From: Promethearchaeota archaeon
GTDB taxonomy: Archaea > Asgardarchaeota > Heimdallarchaeia > Hodarchaeales > Hodarchaeaceae
Length of the DNA: 64,000 nucleotides
Direction: 5' to 3'
Assembly: GCA_048938105.1 (NCBI GenBank)
Contig: JBHLMN010000009.1
Span: 96,001-160,000, forward strand
Shown: in pieces, positions 19,742-30,061 of the stretch
Layout: every line of letters begins with the position of its first letter
Position numbering within the stretch: position 1 is the first letter of the stretch
The notes under the pieces: model-generated
Told to the model about the DNA's origin: nothing
The model's input: only the letters and a program-made list of their open reading frames with translations
Database searches by the model: none
Made by a program: the position numbers and the translations under genes

Positions 19742-20509
19742 TCAGGGTAGAATGTCAATATCTAGATATTTTTTGTCATGGGGAGCAATTATTATATCTG
19801 CAATGTCTTGAATTTTCCTTACAGAGTCATATGCCTGAAGTGAATCAATGTGTATTCCTGGAGCTATCGCTACCACTCCCATATCTTTCATTTGTTGCGG
19901 GGGGTCGTAATTTTCTTGGATTGAACACAAACCGCTGATACAAACCTTTCCTTTATCAGTTTCAACTAGAACGCTTTGATTACCAGGTGTATGCCCAGGC
20001 GTCTTGATAATTTTAACTCCTGGGGCGATCTCTTTATCACCATCAACAACCTCTAGATTTGTTTTCTCAGGGGGAATAATAAACCACCCTGTTTGTGTTG
20101 GATGGGGATTTTTAGCATATTCTAATTCATCTTTCTGAACATACACTGTTGCGTTCTTGTATTTAGCAATATCCGCTGCATGGTCAGTGTGAAGATGTGT
20201 TAATATTAATATATCAATATCATCCACGGATAAACCGACTTTTTCTAAAGCTTCCTCTTGTGTCTGGCCATCAATCCCTGGAAAGCCAGTACTTCTAATT
20301 AATTCACCTGAACAGCCAGTATCAACTAAAATATTTTTATCAGCACCTTTTATTAACCAAGAATAAACACCTAAGGTAATCTCCGTACCGTGACCCATTA
20401 AATAAGTCATAAATCCCATATCAATAGGAGATTCTGTAGCAATTGGTAGTGGAATAATATTCATCATTATAACTCCTTCTTTATTGGATAGAGAACATCT
20501 TTTAAACAA
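19742..20509 (-). CDS. N-acyl-homoserine-lactonase-like MBL hydrolase
   Basis: VDTG, THLHTDH, TPGHTPG, PHD. Confidence 0.85.
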   Translation of the reverse strand: MFKRCSLSNKEGVIMMNIIPLPIATESPIDMGFMTYLMGHGTEITLGVYSWLIKGADKNILVDTGCSGELIRSTGFPGIDGQTQEEALEKVGLSVDDIDILILTHLHTDHAADIAKYKNATVYVQKDELEYAKNPHPTQTGWFIIPPEKTNLEVVDGDKEIAPGVKIIKTPGHTPGNQSVLVETDKGKVCISGLCSIQENYDPPQQMKDMGVVAIAPGIHIDSLQAYDSVRKIQDIADIIIAPHDKKYLDIDILP

Positions 20510-20650
20510 ATCAATTCTCTAATAAACATTTCTTAGTTTATTGTTTCTGTGTAATTCTTTATAATGATTAAAATTTCATTGTGAGAATTCCCGTATAAGA
20601 TGATAAAAGCGTATTCATTTAGTTAAGCCATATTTTTCAGGAGATTAATA

Positions 20651-21436
20651 ATGATAGAGATAAAAAAACTGAAAACAGTTGAAGAATTCAAACAAACCTT
20701 CGAAATTCAAAAGAACGCTTGGGGGATTAGTGATTTAGAAATAGACCCTCATTTTTTAATGAGTAGAGTTCAAAAATATGGTGGCTTACTTCAAGGACTT
20801 TTTATAGATACAAAATGTGTTGGTTTCACTTATGGCATTCTTGGAAAATGGCAGGGAGAGATCTTTTTTTTCTCCTATATGGCAGCAGTGATGAGGGAAT
20901 ACCAAGGGCAAGGATTTGGATTCCTATTAAAAAAAGCTCAAAGAGAAGAAGTCCTAAAGATGGATTATAATATCATTCGGTGGAATTTTGACCCACTAGA
21001 ATCCTTAAATGCTTATTTTAACTTTCATAGACTGGGAGTAATCAGCTCAGAATATGAAAGAAATATTTATGGAGTGGGGGATAGAGGACTTGACAAAGGT
21101 CTCCCAACCGACAGATTACTTGTCACCTGGAATTTAACCTCTGAACGAGTGATCAAAAAAATGGAAAAAAAAGAAGCAAAGATTATAGAAATGATTCCTA
21201 CCGCAAAAATAGGGGAGTTTAAAAACAAAATTGCTTATATCGAAATCCCTAGAGATATCCGTTCTTTGAAAAAGAATGATTTAAATCAAGCATATGAGTG
21301 GAGAGCGAAGACATGTGAACAGTTTGAGTTCGCTTTTAGAAGCGGATTTGTTGCTGAGGAAATCGTTTTTTCAGAGGATCAAAAGAGAATCTTCTATAAA
21401 TTAACCAAGAAGGATGATGATGTTGAATCGGATTAA
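20651..21436 (+). CDS. GNAT acyltransferase (D-amino-acid N-succinyltransferase-like)
   Basis: YQGQGFGFLLK..QR, WNFDPL..NAYFN..LG, YG...LPTDRL; overlaps the NSAR gene. Confidence 0.85.
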   Translation: MIEIKKLKTVEEFKQTFEIQKNAWGISDLEIDPHFLMSRVQKYGGLLQGLFIDTKCVGFTYGILGKWQGEIFFFSYMAAVMREYQGQGFGFLLKKAQREEVLKMDYNIIRWNFDPLESLNAYFNFHRLGVISSEYERNIYGVGDRGLDKGLPTDRLLVTWNLTSERVIKKMEKKEAKIIEMIPTAKIGEFKNKIAYIEIPRDIRSLKKNDLNQAYEWRAKTCEQFEFAFRSGFVAEEIVFSEDQKRIFYKLTKKDDDVESD

Positions 21437-22547
21437 TCATATCGATTCTATAGAATTATTCATTGTTAAGCTTCCTCTTGTGGAACCTTTTGAGACTAGC
21501 TTTGCAATTGAGACCCACAAGGAAGCTCTTCTATTGAGAATAAGCTCTGAAGGAATAGATGGCTGGGGTGAATGCGTGGCTTCTCCAGATCCCTATTTCA
21601 GTAGTGAAACTAATGAAACTGCCCTTCATATAATTCGAACTTATTTATTATCATTAATTACAAAGATGAAGAATTTCTCACTTCAAGAGGTTCTAGAAGC
21701 GTTCGAGAGGATCAGGGGCCATAATATGGCGAAAGCAACTGTAGAAAATGCTCTTCTTGATCTTCTAGCTAGAAAACGAGGTCTCCCCCTGTATGAGCTC
21801 ATTGGCGGAGAAAAAAAAAGGATTATGTCAGGTATTAGTATTGGGATCAAACAAGACATAAATGATCTTCTAGAGACCATTAAAAGAGCATTGAGTAAAA
21901 ACTATCACAGAATCAAGATTAAAATAAAAAAAGGAATGGAAATTGAACCCTTAACTAGAGTACGGGAGAATTTCCCAGATATCAAAATCATGGTAGACGC
22001 CAATGCTGATTATTCCATTAAAGATATCAGAATCCTCAAACAACTCGATAATTTTGATCTAATGATGATCGAACAACCGTTAGAATATAATGACCTCTAT
22101 TTTCATTCATTAGTTCAGAAAGAATTACAAACACCGATTTGCCTTGATGAATCAATTGAGAATCTCAACGATGCTAAAACTGCTATTAATTTGGGAAGCT
22201 GTCAATTCATTAATATTAAACAAGGACGTGTAGGGGGTATTTTGAATGCAAAAGTCATTCAAGAATATTGCAGTAAAAATGGTATAAAAGTCTGGTCTGG
22301 AGGTATGCTAGAAACAGGTATCGGAAGAGCTTTTAATATCCATTTACAAACGCTTCCTGGCTTTTTATTGCCAGGTGATACTTCTGAAACCTCCCGCTAT
22401 TTCCAAAAGGATATTGTTGAACCCTCAGTAAAGCTTCGAGCAGATGGGTTTATTGATATACCTGAAGGTGAGGGGATAGGGGTACGAGTCATCCCAGACA
22501 GATTGACGCGCTTCACAGCCTTTTCTGAAAAGATAGAATGCAAGTAA
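21414..22547 (+). CDS. menC: N-succinylamino acid racemase / o-succinylbenzoate synthase (enolase superfamily)
   Basis: PFETSF, GWGE, KIK, DAN, EQP, DES, NIK, GGMLETGIGRA, PGDTS. Confidence 0.9.
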   Translation: MMMLNRINHIDSIELFIVKLPLVEPFETSFAIETHKEALLLRISSEGIDGWGECVASPDPYFSSETNETALHIIRTYLLSLITKMKNFSLQEVLEAFERIRGHNMAKATVENALLDLLARKRGLPLYELIGGEKKRIMSGISIGIKQDINDLLETIKRALSKNYHRIKIKIKKGMEIEPLTRVRENFPDIKIMVDANADYSIKDIRILKQLDNFDLMMIEQPLEYNDLYFHSLVQKELQTPICLDESIENLNDAKTAINLGSCQFINIKQGRVGGILNAKVIQEYCSKNGIKVWSGGMLETGIGRAFNIHLQTLPGFLLPGDTSETSRYFQKDIVEPSVKLRADGFIDIPEGEGIGVRVIPDRLTRFTAFSEKIECK

Positions 22548-22549
22548 CT

Positions 22550-23908
22550 CTATGTATCAAGATATTTTATCCCCGCTTTACCCCAAGAATCTAATGCTTG
22601 TTGTAATTCTACGTATTCGTCCTCGTGGTCATCTAAGTAATCTTCAAGATCCTCAGCTGCTTCATCTAAGTGAGTCATACCAATATCAATGACCTGCCGA
22701 AATGCTTTTGCTCCTGCCCGGGTACCTTTTGGATGCGAATGAATTCCAACACCTGCTCCAATCATAATATCGTTACCTAAATCCTTCATGATACGTAAAG
22801 CAATTCCTGGTGTTACTCCTCCTGATGGCATAGGTAATACTGGTTTTAACGAACCGAAGGGATAACGGAGTGCTTTTGCACAGGCAAGATATTTATCCCG
22901 AATAAAAGGTGCTTTGCTATATGCACTAGGGTAGACTAGTGCATCAAGCCCCGCCAACCGAGCGAGCTTTCCCATAATTAGGAATGAAGACATACCAGAC
23001 ATTGAAGACTCATAGTACACTCCAGCAAAATCCATATGCCCTAAAATAGGAACTTTAATACTCTCATCAGCAGCTAACTCCCGTACAACAGGAAGGCCTG
23101 CAGTTAGATAATTAACCATGAGTCCATTAGTCCCAAAATCAAGCGCTTTTTGGGCATTTTCTAAAATTTTCTGAGGTTCAGCTGTTATATTCACCATATA
23201 GATGGTATCTTCTCCTGTTTCATCTTTAGCTTTATCTTTCATCTCCATGTAGGTAGTAACCCTATCCTCTAATGGTAAATACTTAATATCACCAGCTGTA
23301 CTTTCATCGTCTTTGATGAAGTCAGCGCCGCCCATCGCTGCTTCATAAAAAAGGGCTTTCCCATCCTCCAAGGTGTAGGCATGATCAATATTTGTTAAGA
23401 AAGGCCGTTTTGGCACAGCAAGTTGTTTTCTAATGCCTTCAATCCCAAATTTCGGTCCTTTGAACTCAGATAGAAAACGTTGGGGGAAAATAACGTCTAG
23501 AAGTTTGACTTTGCCACCCATACTAATGTTACCCAGTAGAGTAGTCAATAGTAATGGAAATTGGGTGTCTAATCCTTCAAGAGGGTACGCGACTTGAATA
23601 ATATATTGTCGTTCTTTCACTTCGTTTGGAATGCCTATTTCATAAGGAGGAATTTCATACACACCAATGACCTTACCTGAGAACTTTCGAAGGATTTCAC
23701 GGGGGTCACTATGAACTGGATAATAAGAGCCAACAGTTTGTTCTTGAATAACTACTTTTCCCATATACCAGGGGTCAAGAGTACTACTAAATGCAGTATA
23801 GTATATTCCAATCACATAATCCTCGGAATTTATAGACTCTTGTAGTCCCTCAGGGTAATATCCCCATTTACTATCAGCATAACTATCAAATTTCGATTTC
23901 TTTACCAT
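22550..23908 (-). CDS. RuBisCO-like protein (form IV), deviant active site
   Basis: EQTVGS, LGNISMGG, GPKFGIEG, GGADFIKDDE, PMPSGG, GAGVGIHSHPKG; lacks the IKPK motif. Confidence 0.9.
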   Translation of the reverse strand: MVKKSKFDSYADSKWGYYPEGLQESINSEDYVIGIYYTAFSSTLDPWYMGKVVIQEQTVGSYYPVHSDPREILRKFSGKVIGVYEIPPYEIGIPNEVKERQYIIQVAYPLEGLDTQFPLLLTTLLGNISMGGKVKLLDVIFPQRFLSEFKGPKFGIEGIRKQLAVPKRPFLTNIDHAYTLEDGKALFYEAAMGGADFIKDDESTAGDIKYLPLEDRVTTYMEMKDKAKDETGEDTIYMVNITAEPQKILENAQKALDFGTNGLMVNYLTAGLPVVRELAADESIKVPILGHMDFAGVYYESSMSGMSSFLIMGKLARLAGLDALVYPSAYSKAPFIRDKYLACAKALRYPFGSLKPVLPMPSGGVTPGIALRIMKDLGNDIMIGAGVGIHSHPKGTRAGAKAFRQVIDIGMTHLDEAAEDLEDYLDDHEDEYVELQQALDSWGKAGIKYLDT

Positions 23909-23992
23909 TTGTTGAGCCTCATCCTTAACTATAAAATGTGTTTAAAAAATTATTATAGGTCTGATTCACATCGATTTTGTTGAGGATATCCA

Positions 23993-24331
23993 ATGAAAAA
24001 CCAACTTTTTGTTTTATTTAATAATAATAAAGGGATCTTCACTCATATCCTTTTGAACGTCTTTGATTTGGCTGAAAAAGGTTACAATGTTGGGATAGTA
24101 TTTGAGAGTGAGGCATGTAAACTGATCACGGAATATGAAAACAAAAAATATGAGAAATTTGAAAAGTTAAAAGAAAAAAATTTAGTCGCTGCTGTTTGTA
24201 AGGTTTGTGCAAAGGCAATGGGTGCATTAGAATCTGCAGAACGGCAAGGATTCCCTATTGACGACACTTTACATGGCCATCCTTCATTAGAATCTTGGAT
24301 TAACAATGGATTCAATGTGATGCTTATTTAA
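23993..24331 (+). CDS. DsrE/DsrF-like protein
   Basis: VGIVFESEA...AVCKVCA..MG...GHPSL. Confidence 0.75.
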   Translation: MKNQLFVLFNNNKGIFTHILLNVFDLAEKGYNVGIVFESEACKLITEYENKKYEKFEKLKEKNLVAAVCKVCAKAMGALESAERQGFPIDDTLHGHPSLESWINNGFNVMLI

Positions 24332-24386
24332 TTTTTATCAATTCTCAATCAAATACAAATGAATGAACTGAGGAATCTATGACTAA

Positions 24387-26378
24387 ATGAATGATCATCA
24401 AATTCTTTATGGAGATGTTTGGGCAAGTCTTTCCACATTAGAGGACAATTTTGTCGATTGTGTTATCACCTCCCCTCCCTACTGGTCACAAAGAGATTAT
24501 GGATTTAATTCCCAAATAGGGATTGAATCTACTCTTAATAATTATCTTACAAAATTAGTCACTATTTGTAATTTACTCCGCCAAAAATTAAAGCCCAAAG
24601 GAAATTTTTACTTAAATATTGGCGATAAATATGTTAGCAAATATGGTAACACCCCTTTAGCAATGATTCCCTATTTATTAGCTTATTTTCTAGTCAGAGA
24701 CGGTTGGAAATTAAAGGATACTTTAATCTGGTATAAAACGAATCATATGCCAGCTCCAGTTAAGAACCGATTAACTAACACTTATGAGCCAATATTTGTG
24801 TTCTCTAAGACCAATAGGAATTATTATAGCGATTATAGACAAACAGTGAATGTTTCTAATATTTTGAAAATACCTCTCCAACCTGTTCCATATAAACATA
24901 TAGCTACTTACCCTGAGAAGCTTGTTGAAGCAATATTGAGATTTGGTCTCCCTAATGATGCATTAGTACTAGATCCATTTGCAGGCTCAGGAACTACCTG
25001 TAAAGCAACCCAGCATATATCTGAGGGATACTTCAATCCAATCAAAATGCGTTCGATTATGATTGAAGCATATAATGAGTACATCAAGATCATTAGAAGA
25101 CGATGTAACATCAAAAAGGGAAATATTCGGAAAATTCCCTTCAGATCTTATCAAGTCCCTCCTCTTATCAATAACTTCGTCATCCCAGAAGCAGAAAACA
25201 AAATTCCTGATGATTGTAAATTTGAATCCAGTAATGTGATTATCAAGGTATTTCAAAAGTCAAAAGATTTTCATTCATTTCTTCCCTTTCTATTTAATAC
25301 CGTTATTATTGATTCCTTAGATGACGATGGGATTTTGTTCCTAGGATTACCAAACCATGATATCGAGGATATTTTCTCAATCACACAACTAAATGATCAT
25401 GGATGGATTATTCGAAATATGAATGTTGTTCCTCGAGAAAAAGACTGGATTCCTATCTTCATGATGGTCAAAGATATCAAGTCTGTAAGATACAAATTCA
25501 ATCTTGATAAAATTAGAGTTGATCATCAATATGAGAGTACAGAAAATTGGAACAGTATTGATTTCACTGGGTATCGAGTGGAAAAATCGCAAGCGTTGTA
25601 CAAAAAACCAGATACAGGCCTGATTGGTAAAGTTCTCTCATGTCATCCAAATGGATTACCTCATTGGATTGTAGTTAAATGGAAATCACGAGGATACTCT
25701 GTCGAAGAAGTTATTACTGGTTCTGGCCAAAAAAAGAACATTAAAATGTTTTGTCCAGAGTGTAAAACGGAATTACTGAAATATTATCATTATAAAGATG
25801 TAATTTCATGTCCCTCGTGCTTACTACAACTATGGCAAGATACAAAGAGCATCCCGATACTTGTGGAAGTTAATCCATTTAATAAACCTGAATATCAGCA
25901 TGAAAACATTGATGTTTTAGAGAAGAAAACAAAAAAAGAATACGAGGGGAAGTTTAAAGATATGGATAGAATAAATATTGGACAATCCCCTGGAGCTAGA
26001 GTTTCCATTGAAGATCAGTTTTTTTCCGTCAAGAGGTACTATACTGTAAAACAAAGCATGATTTCCGATTATCTTAATCTCCATAGAACGAAGAATAGTC
26101 TATCAAAGAATGCTTTAACTCAAAAATTCCCTCCCGAGTATAAGCACACGGTTGGCCATTGGTTACGAAAGGATATGGGAGGGTCTCTTCCTAAATATGA
26201 GGATTTAATCAAGTTGAATGAATTTCTACACTTGGATCAATCTTATATTAATTATATCAGTCGAACAGGGTTGAATTTGCAGACTGTTATAACAGATGCT
26301 AAAGGAAAAAATCCAGGAGACTTTCTAGATTACCCTTTACCACAAGTAATTACCATGTTAAAAAGAGTTGGTGAATAA
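24387..26378 (+). CDS. Orphan beta-class N4C/N6A DNA methyltransferase with long C-terminal extension
   Basis: Motif IV TSPPY precedes motif I DPFAGSGTT; C-terminal CPEC/CPSC, SPGAR, GKNPGD. Confidence 0.85.
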   Translation: MNDHQILYGDVWASLSTLEDNFVDCVITSPPYWSQRDYGFNSQIGIESTLNNYLTKLVTICNLLRQKLKPKGNFYLNIGDKYVSKYGNTPLAMIPYLLAYFLVRDGWKLKDTLIWYKTNHMPAPVKNRLTNTYEPIFVFSKTNRNYYSDYRQTVNVSNILKIPLQPVPYKHIATYPEKLVEAILRFGLPNDALVLDPFAGSGTTCKATQHISEGYFNPIKMRSIMIEAYNEYIKIIRRRCNIKKGNIRKIPFRSYQVPPLINNFVIPEAENKIPDDCKFESSNVIIKVFQKSKDFHSFLPFLFNTVIIDSLDDDGILFLGLPNHDIEDIFSITQLNDHGWIIRNMNVVPREKDWIPIFMMVKDIKSVRYKFNLDKIRVDHQYESTENWNSIDFTGYRVEKSQALYKKPDTGLIGKVLSCHPNGLPHWIVVKWKSRGYSVEEVITGSGQKKNIKMFCPECKTELLKYYHYKDVISCPSCLLQLWQDTKSIPILVEVNPFNKPEYQHENIDVLEKKTKKEYEGKFKDMDRINIGQSPGARVSIEDQFFSVKRYYTVKQSMISDYLNLHRTKNSLSKNALTQKFPPEYKHTVGHWLRKDMGGSLPKYEDLIKLNEFLHLDQSYINYISRTGLNLQTVITDAKGKNPGDFLDYPLPQVITMLKRVGE

Positions 26379-26408
26379 GAAAATGAAAAGGCCTATTATA
26401 AGTACCAA

Positions 26409-27371
26409 TCATCTTTTAATTTTTCCAGGGAGGTAAAAATCATACTGTCTACGAAATAGTTTTGTTTGAATATAGCGGTCAAGACGTCTAGCATTTTGAA
26501 AAATAACCCAAATTTGCTTATCCTCATCATAATATTTCTTTACTTCACCATATGTAAGAGGAGTAATTCCAAATTCTGCTGCTTCTTGACTGAAGAACCT
26601 ATTGATTACCTCAAGCACACCAGGGATTAACTCTGGCCTCTGTTCTTTGAAGAAATTCGCTATTAAATCTATAGTGACCAAACGCCAATCATAGTAGCGA
26701 CCGATGACCTCTTCAAGAAATAATGCTTTTAATAACCATCGGAGAAAAAAAGGAGCACTTTTTAAGAAAAGAACTGGTTCCATGCCTTCTATGCCGTGTT
26801 TTCTGAACATAGGTGTGGAAGTATCTAAATAAATAAGTTTATCATCTACTGAGATTTTTGGGTTCTGAGGATCATAATCCATAACAGCCCAGTTTGAAAT
26901 TTGACCATCTAAACCAACCTTTAAGGTCTTGCTTCGGTTATTAAAAGACCAAATTTTATACATCTCTCGCATGATAAGGAGAATTAGAGTGTGAATTTCT
27001 CTCTGACTAATTGAATGATGAATAATTTTATGCCCAACAGAATCTCCAAGTATTTTTTCTTGGGCACAATATAATACTATTTTTCCCGCTTGAGATTGTA
27101 TCCAGACTGCATCATGAGCTGGAACGTTGAATCCAAGCTTTTGAAGAATTTGGTGATAGATATTATAAGCATAAATGTGTCGTTTTACTTGAACTTCTGT
27201 ATCAAAAATGGGTAGACGTTTATAAGCTATTTTTTGATCGTCATTCATGAGTTCAAACACTAAACTGATCTCGCCATAACCGAGAATGCTTATTGGGACT
27301 TCTCCTCTTTCAGGATAAATTGTATCAATGGTATTCTCAAATTTCCATAATAGACTCGTGTTGATCTTCAT
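26409..27371 (-). CDS. DUF6206-like protein (kinase-like fold)
   Basis: LGYGEISLV..AYKRLP...GLDGQISNW...YLDTSTP. Confidence 0.65.
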   Translation of the reverse strand: MKINTSLLWKFENTIDTIYPERGEVPISILGYGEISLVFELMNDDQKIAYKRLPIFDTEVQVKRHIYAYNIYHQILQKLGFNVPAHDAVWIQSQAGKIVLYCAQEKILGDSVGHKIIHHSISQREIHTLILLIMREMYKIWSFNNRSKTLKVGLDGQISNWAVMDYDPQNPKISVDDKLIYLDTSTPMFRKHGIEGMEPVLFLKSAPFFLRWLLKALFLEEVIGRYYDWRLVTIDLIANFFKEQRPELIPGVLEVINRFFSQEAAEFGITPLTYGEVKKYYDEDKQIWVIFQNARRLDRYIQTKLFRRQYDFYLPGKIKR

Positions 27372-27583
27372 AAAAATCCTTCATATATAATGTTTTACAG
27401 ATATTAAAGAAGAATCCTTAACATTTCCTAAAAAATTTATCTGATATTACTTCAGTAAGATCCAATTAACACATTCTTTTGAAGAAACGTATTATTATCT
27501 TAGAGAGAAGATTAAGAGAAAATAAGTTTGTTATAGTAATCAACCTGGTTTTTATTTTGACTTTAAATTTATGAATCCAATTG

Positions 27584-27596
27584 AAAAAAAGGGGGG
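27584..27596 (-). terminator. C6-T7 terminator candidate of protease copy 1
   Basis: AAAAAAAGGGGGG on +, downstream of the 27622 stop; mirrors 34236-34250. Confidence 0.5.
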
Positions 27597-27621
27597 AAAG
27601 GAAGAAAAGGCTTTATTTGAT

Positions 27622-29724
27622 TTAGTTTCCAACATAGGTAGTTGTTACCTGGAAACCATAATCAACATGACCTACAGGTTGTATTGGACTCACCACTAGG
27701 TAAACATAGCTTGGTAATTCCATCTCAATGTCAATTTGACCGCTATGAAGAACATCTAAATCTAAATCAGTAATTGTGTATTTTGTACCAAATTTATTCT
27801 TACCTTTGAGTTCGTAGATCAACGATACCTGGAAATCTGATCCTGGATAAGGATAATTAGGAGCTAAATCTAGTTGTTGACCATCAACACTTGCTTCTGA
27901 GATATACCAACCCTCATATGTTGTGTACCAGTCAGTTATATAACGGAAACCAACGAGAACTTCTTGCCCAACGTAATCTGAAAGACTGAATTCCATAGTA
28001 ATCCAGCCATCATCATCATCGTCGAAGTACACGCTCCAGCTCGTTAGGCCAGGTTGATAATATAGAGTCTCCCAACGAGTGTCAGGATCTGGAGGAATGA
28101 TGGTGTATTCATTTGCTAAGGAAGTCCATGTTACTCCACCATCAGTGGATACTTGGATAAATCCATAGTCCCATTCATCTTCTATATCCCAATAAGTAGT
28201 TATTTCTAGCACTGAATCTACTGAATCGATATATATTTCCTCGTCTGCAACAAGAAGTAAGTTCATCCAATCGTAATCATCTGACCACCATAGATCTGGT
28301 TGAACCTCTTGCCAACCAAAAATGGCGATATCACCGCCATCAAAGTAAAGTGTCTCGGCCCAATCTTCAGAGATATATTTTCCTGCGTCAAATCTTATAT
28401 AATCCGTACCGAATGGTTTAACCCTTGTTTTACCTGTATCATAATCTAGGATGGTTATTGTTGATCCAAAGTCTGATCCCGTCATCCAAGGAACTGGAAG
28501 CTTTGGAACTTCATATAACCTAGCTTGCTCTACATCTTTACCATTAAGATCGATTGACTTGTAATTATACAGTCCGTCGCCCCAATGAATTAGATTAGCA
28601 ATCCGCCAATTATGATAAACCTCAAGAAATGAGGTTTCAAATGGTTCTAAACCTAGAAAGTAATTGAGGCCATAAATACCTGGTAGTCCTGATTGCACGA
28701 ATGTGCCTAAAAAACTTTCTCCGTAATGATCATTTAGGTAGATAGCAAATAATAATGCTGCACCATAATCAGCTAAGATATTAATTCCACCATGATCACT
28801 CCACTCGGTAAGAGAGTTATCGGGCGTAGCTAAATAGCTGTTGATTTTAGGCCAATCAGCTCCATACCCACAAAGCATTTCTGCAAAGAGAGAGCAGCCC
28901 TCGTTCATGAAGGTGTCATCAGAAGGGTTGTGATCAGCGTGGATGAGATGCTGCAATTCGTGTGCAACTGTGCTTTCATATTGATATGGTCCACCACCAT
29001 CTGGATTTACCCAATTTTCCCAGTTGTAAGAATCTATAGTAATCATGTTACGGTCAAAATACGCTTCAAAAGTTCCCCAGTAAAAACCAATGATGAAGTA
29101 GGGATAACTGGGATCATAATACATATCGTCTCGCACATTAGAGACCATAACGATGTCTTTCCCTGTTTCACTATAATAATAACCTGGTGGAACTAATCCC
29201 CAAGCTTCAAGTAAAGAATTGCTTCCATCGTGGGGGTCAATAGGCCCAAAGTATCCCGTATCTATGGGATGTATATTACTATCATATTCATTGAGAATGT
29301 ACTGTGCTTGTTCGTCTGTAATCGGATCAGTGTGACCGTCTGGATAGCTTCTGTCAGCTTGAATCCAAACTTCCGTGAATTCACTTTCAGCTCTCAAATA
29401 ATATAGATCCCAGAATACACCCCCGTAATAATCATCGTAAGTAAACCACACTTTTTCATCGAGTATTGTTTCTGTCGCTGATGTGGATAAACCACTGGCA
29501 CTAGATGCATCACCCTTTATCTGTATTGTATCAGTGTCAAGGCCTCTCAGTTTTGGACCAATATCAAATGGCTCATAAGTTGACGCGTTACTGACATTTC
29601 CTGTCGATATTATTGCAACACCTAGAGTACTTAATATTAGCACCAAAACTACAATCATTGATATAATTTTCTTTCTCATTTTTGATCTCTCGTATCTTTT
29701 TAGATATTCTAGAATTTTTCCCAT
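27622..29724 (-). CDS. Secreted zinc metalloprotease (M30/immune-inhibitor-A-like), copy 1; likely true start 29679
   Basis: Signal peptide MRKKIIS..., HELQHLIH...NEG, C-terminal WDIEDEWDYGFIQVSTDGG domain. Confidence 0.85.
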   Translation of the reverse strand: MGKILEYLKRYERSKMRKKIISMIVVLVLILSTLGVAIISTGNVSNASTYEPFDIGPKLRGLDTDTIQIKGDASSASGLSTSATETILDEKVWFTYDDYYGGVFWDLYYLRAESEFTEVWIQADRSYPDGHTDPITDEQAQYILNEYDSNIHPIDTGYFGPIDPHDGSNSLLEAWGLVPPGYYYSETGKDIVMVSNVRDDMYYDPSYPYFIIGFYWGTFEAYFDRNMITIDSYNWENWVNPDGGGPYQYESTVAHELQHLIHADHNPSDDTFMNEGCSLFAEMLCGYGADWPKINSYLATPDNSLTEWSDHGGINILADYGAALLFAIYLNDHYGESFLGTFVQSGLPGIYGLNYFLGLEPFETSFLEVYHNWRIANLIHWGDGLYNYKSIDLNGKDVEQARLYEVPKLPVPWMTGSDFGSTITILDYDTGKTRVKPFGTDYIRFDAGKYISEDWAETLYFDGGDIAIFGWQEVQPDLWWSDDYDWMNLLLVADEEIYIDSVDSVLEITTYWDIEDEWDYGFIQVSTDGGVTWTSLANEYTIIPPDPDTRWETLYYQPGLTSWSVYFDDDDDGWITMEFSLSDYVGQEVLVGFRYITDWYTTYEGWYISEASVDGQQLDLAPNYPYPGSDFQVSLIYELKGKNKFGTKYTITDLDLDVLHSGQIDIEMELPSYVYLVVSPIQPVGHVDYGFQVTTTYVGN

Positions 29725-29827
29725 ATTTTTCTAAGAATCGGAATACCTAGAAAGTCAGTGTCTAGAAAAATCTGCGGAAAAATTCTCTAGAAATATCAAT
29801 TGCGAAATCAAGAATAATTCTACATAA

Positions 29828-29860
29828 TTTTAAAAGCTTTTCTAGATTCGTTCCGTTTTT
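29828..29860 (-). promoter_or_regulatory. Conserved upstream element of protease copy 1
   Basis: Minus strand AAAAACGGAACGAATCTAGAAAAGCTTTTAAAA, matching 31916-31946. Confidence 0.5.
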
Positions 29861-30061
29861 GTGATTTCTTTATCATTACAATCTGAATCTGACTTATTCT
29901 TTAGATGTAAAGTAAATAGTTGAAAATTCGATATGTGGAATCTTTTTACAGAGAGAAATTTGATTTAAATGAAAATAACTAAATTGTCTCTGTTCTTTGA
30001 GCCGTTTAATTTTGAGTGAATTTCATAATCTTTTTAAAAATGAGATATCTATTCATTCCAC

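Noticed and set aside
24387-27371. Restriction-modification pair
   Set aside because: The convergent neighbour looks kinase-like (DUF6206) with no nuclease motif.
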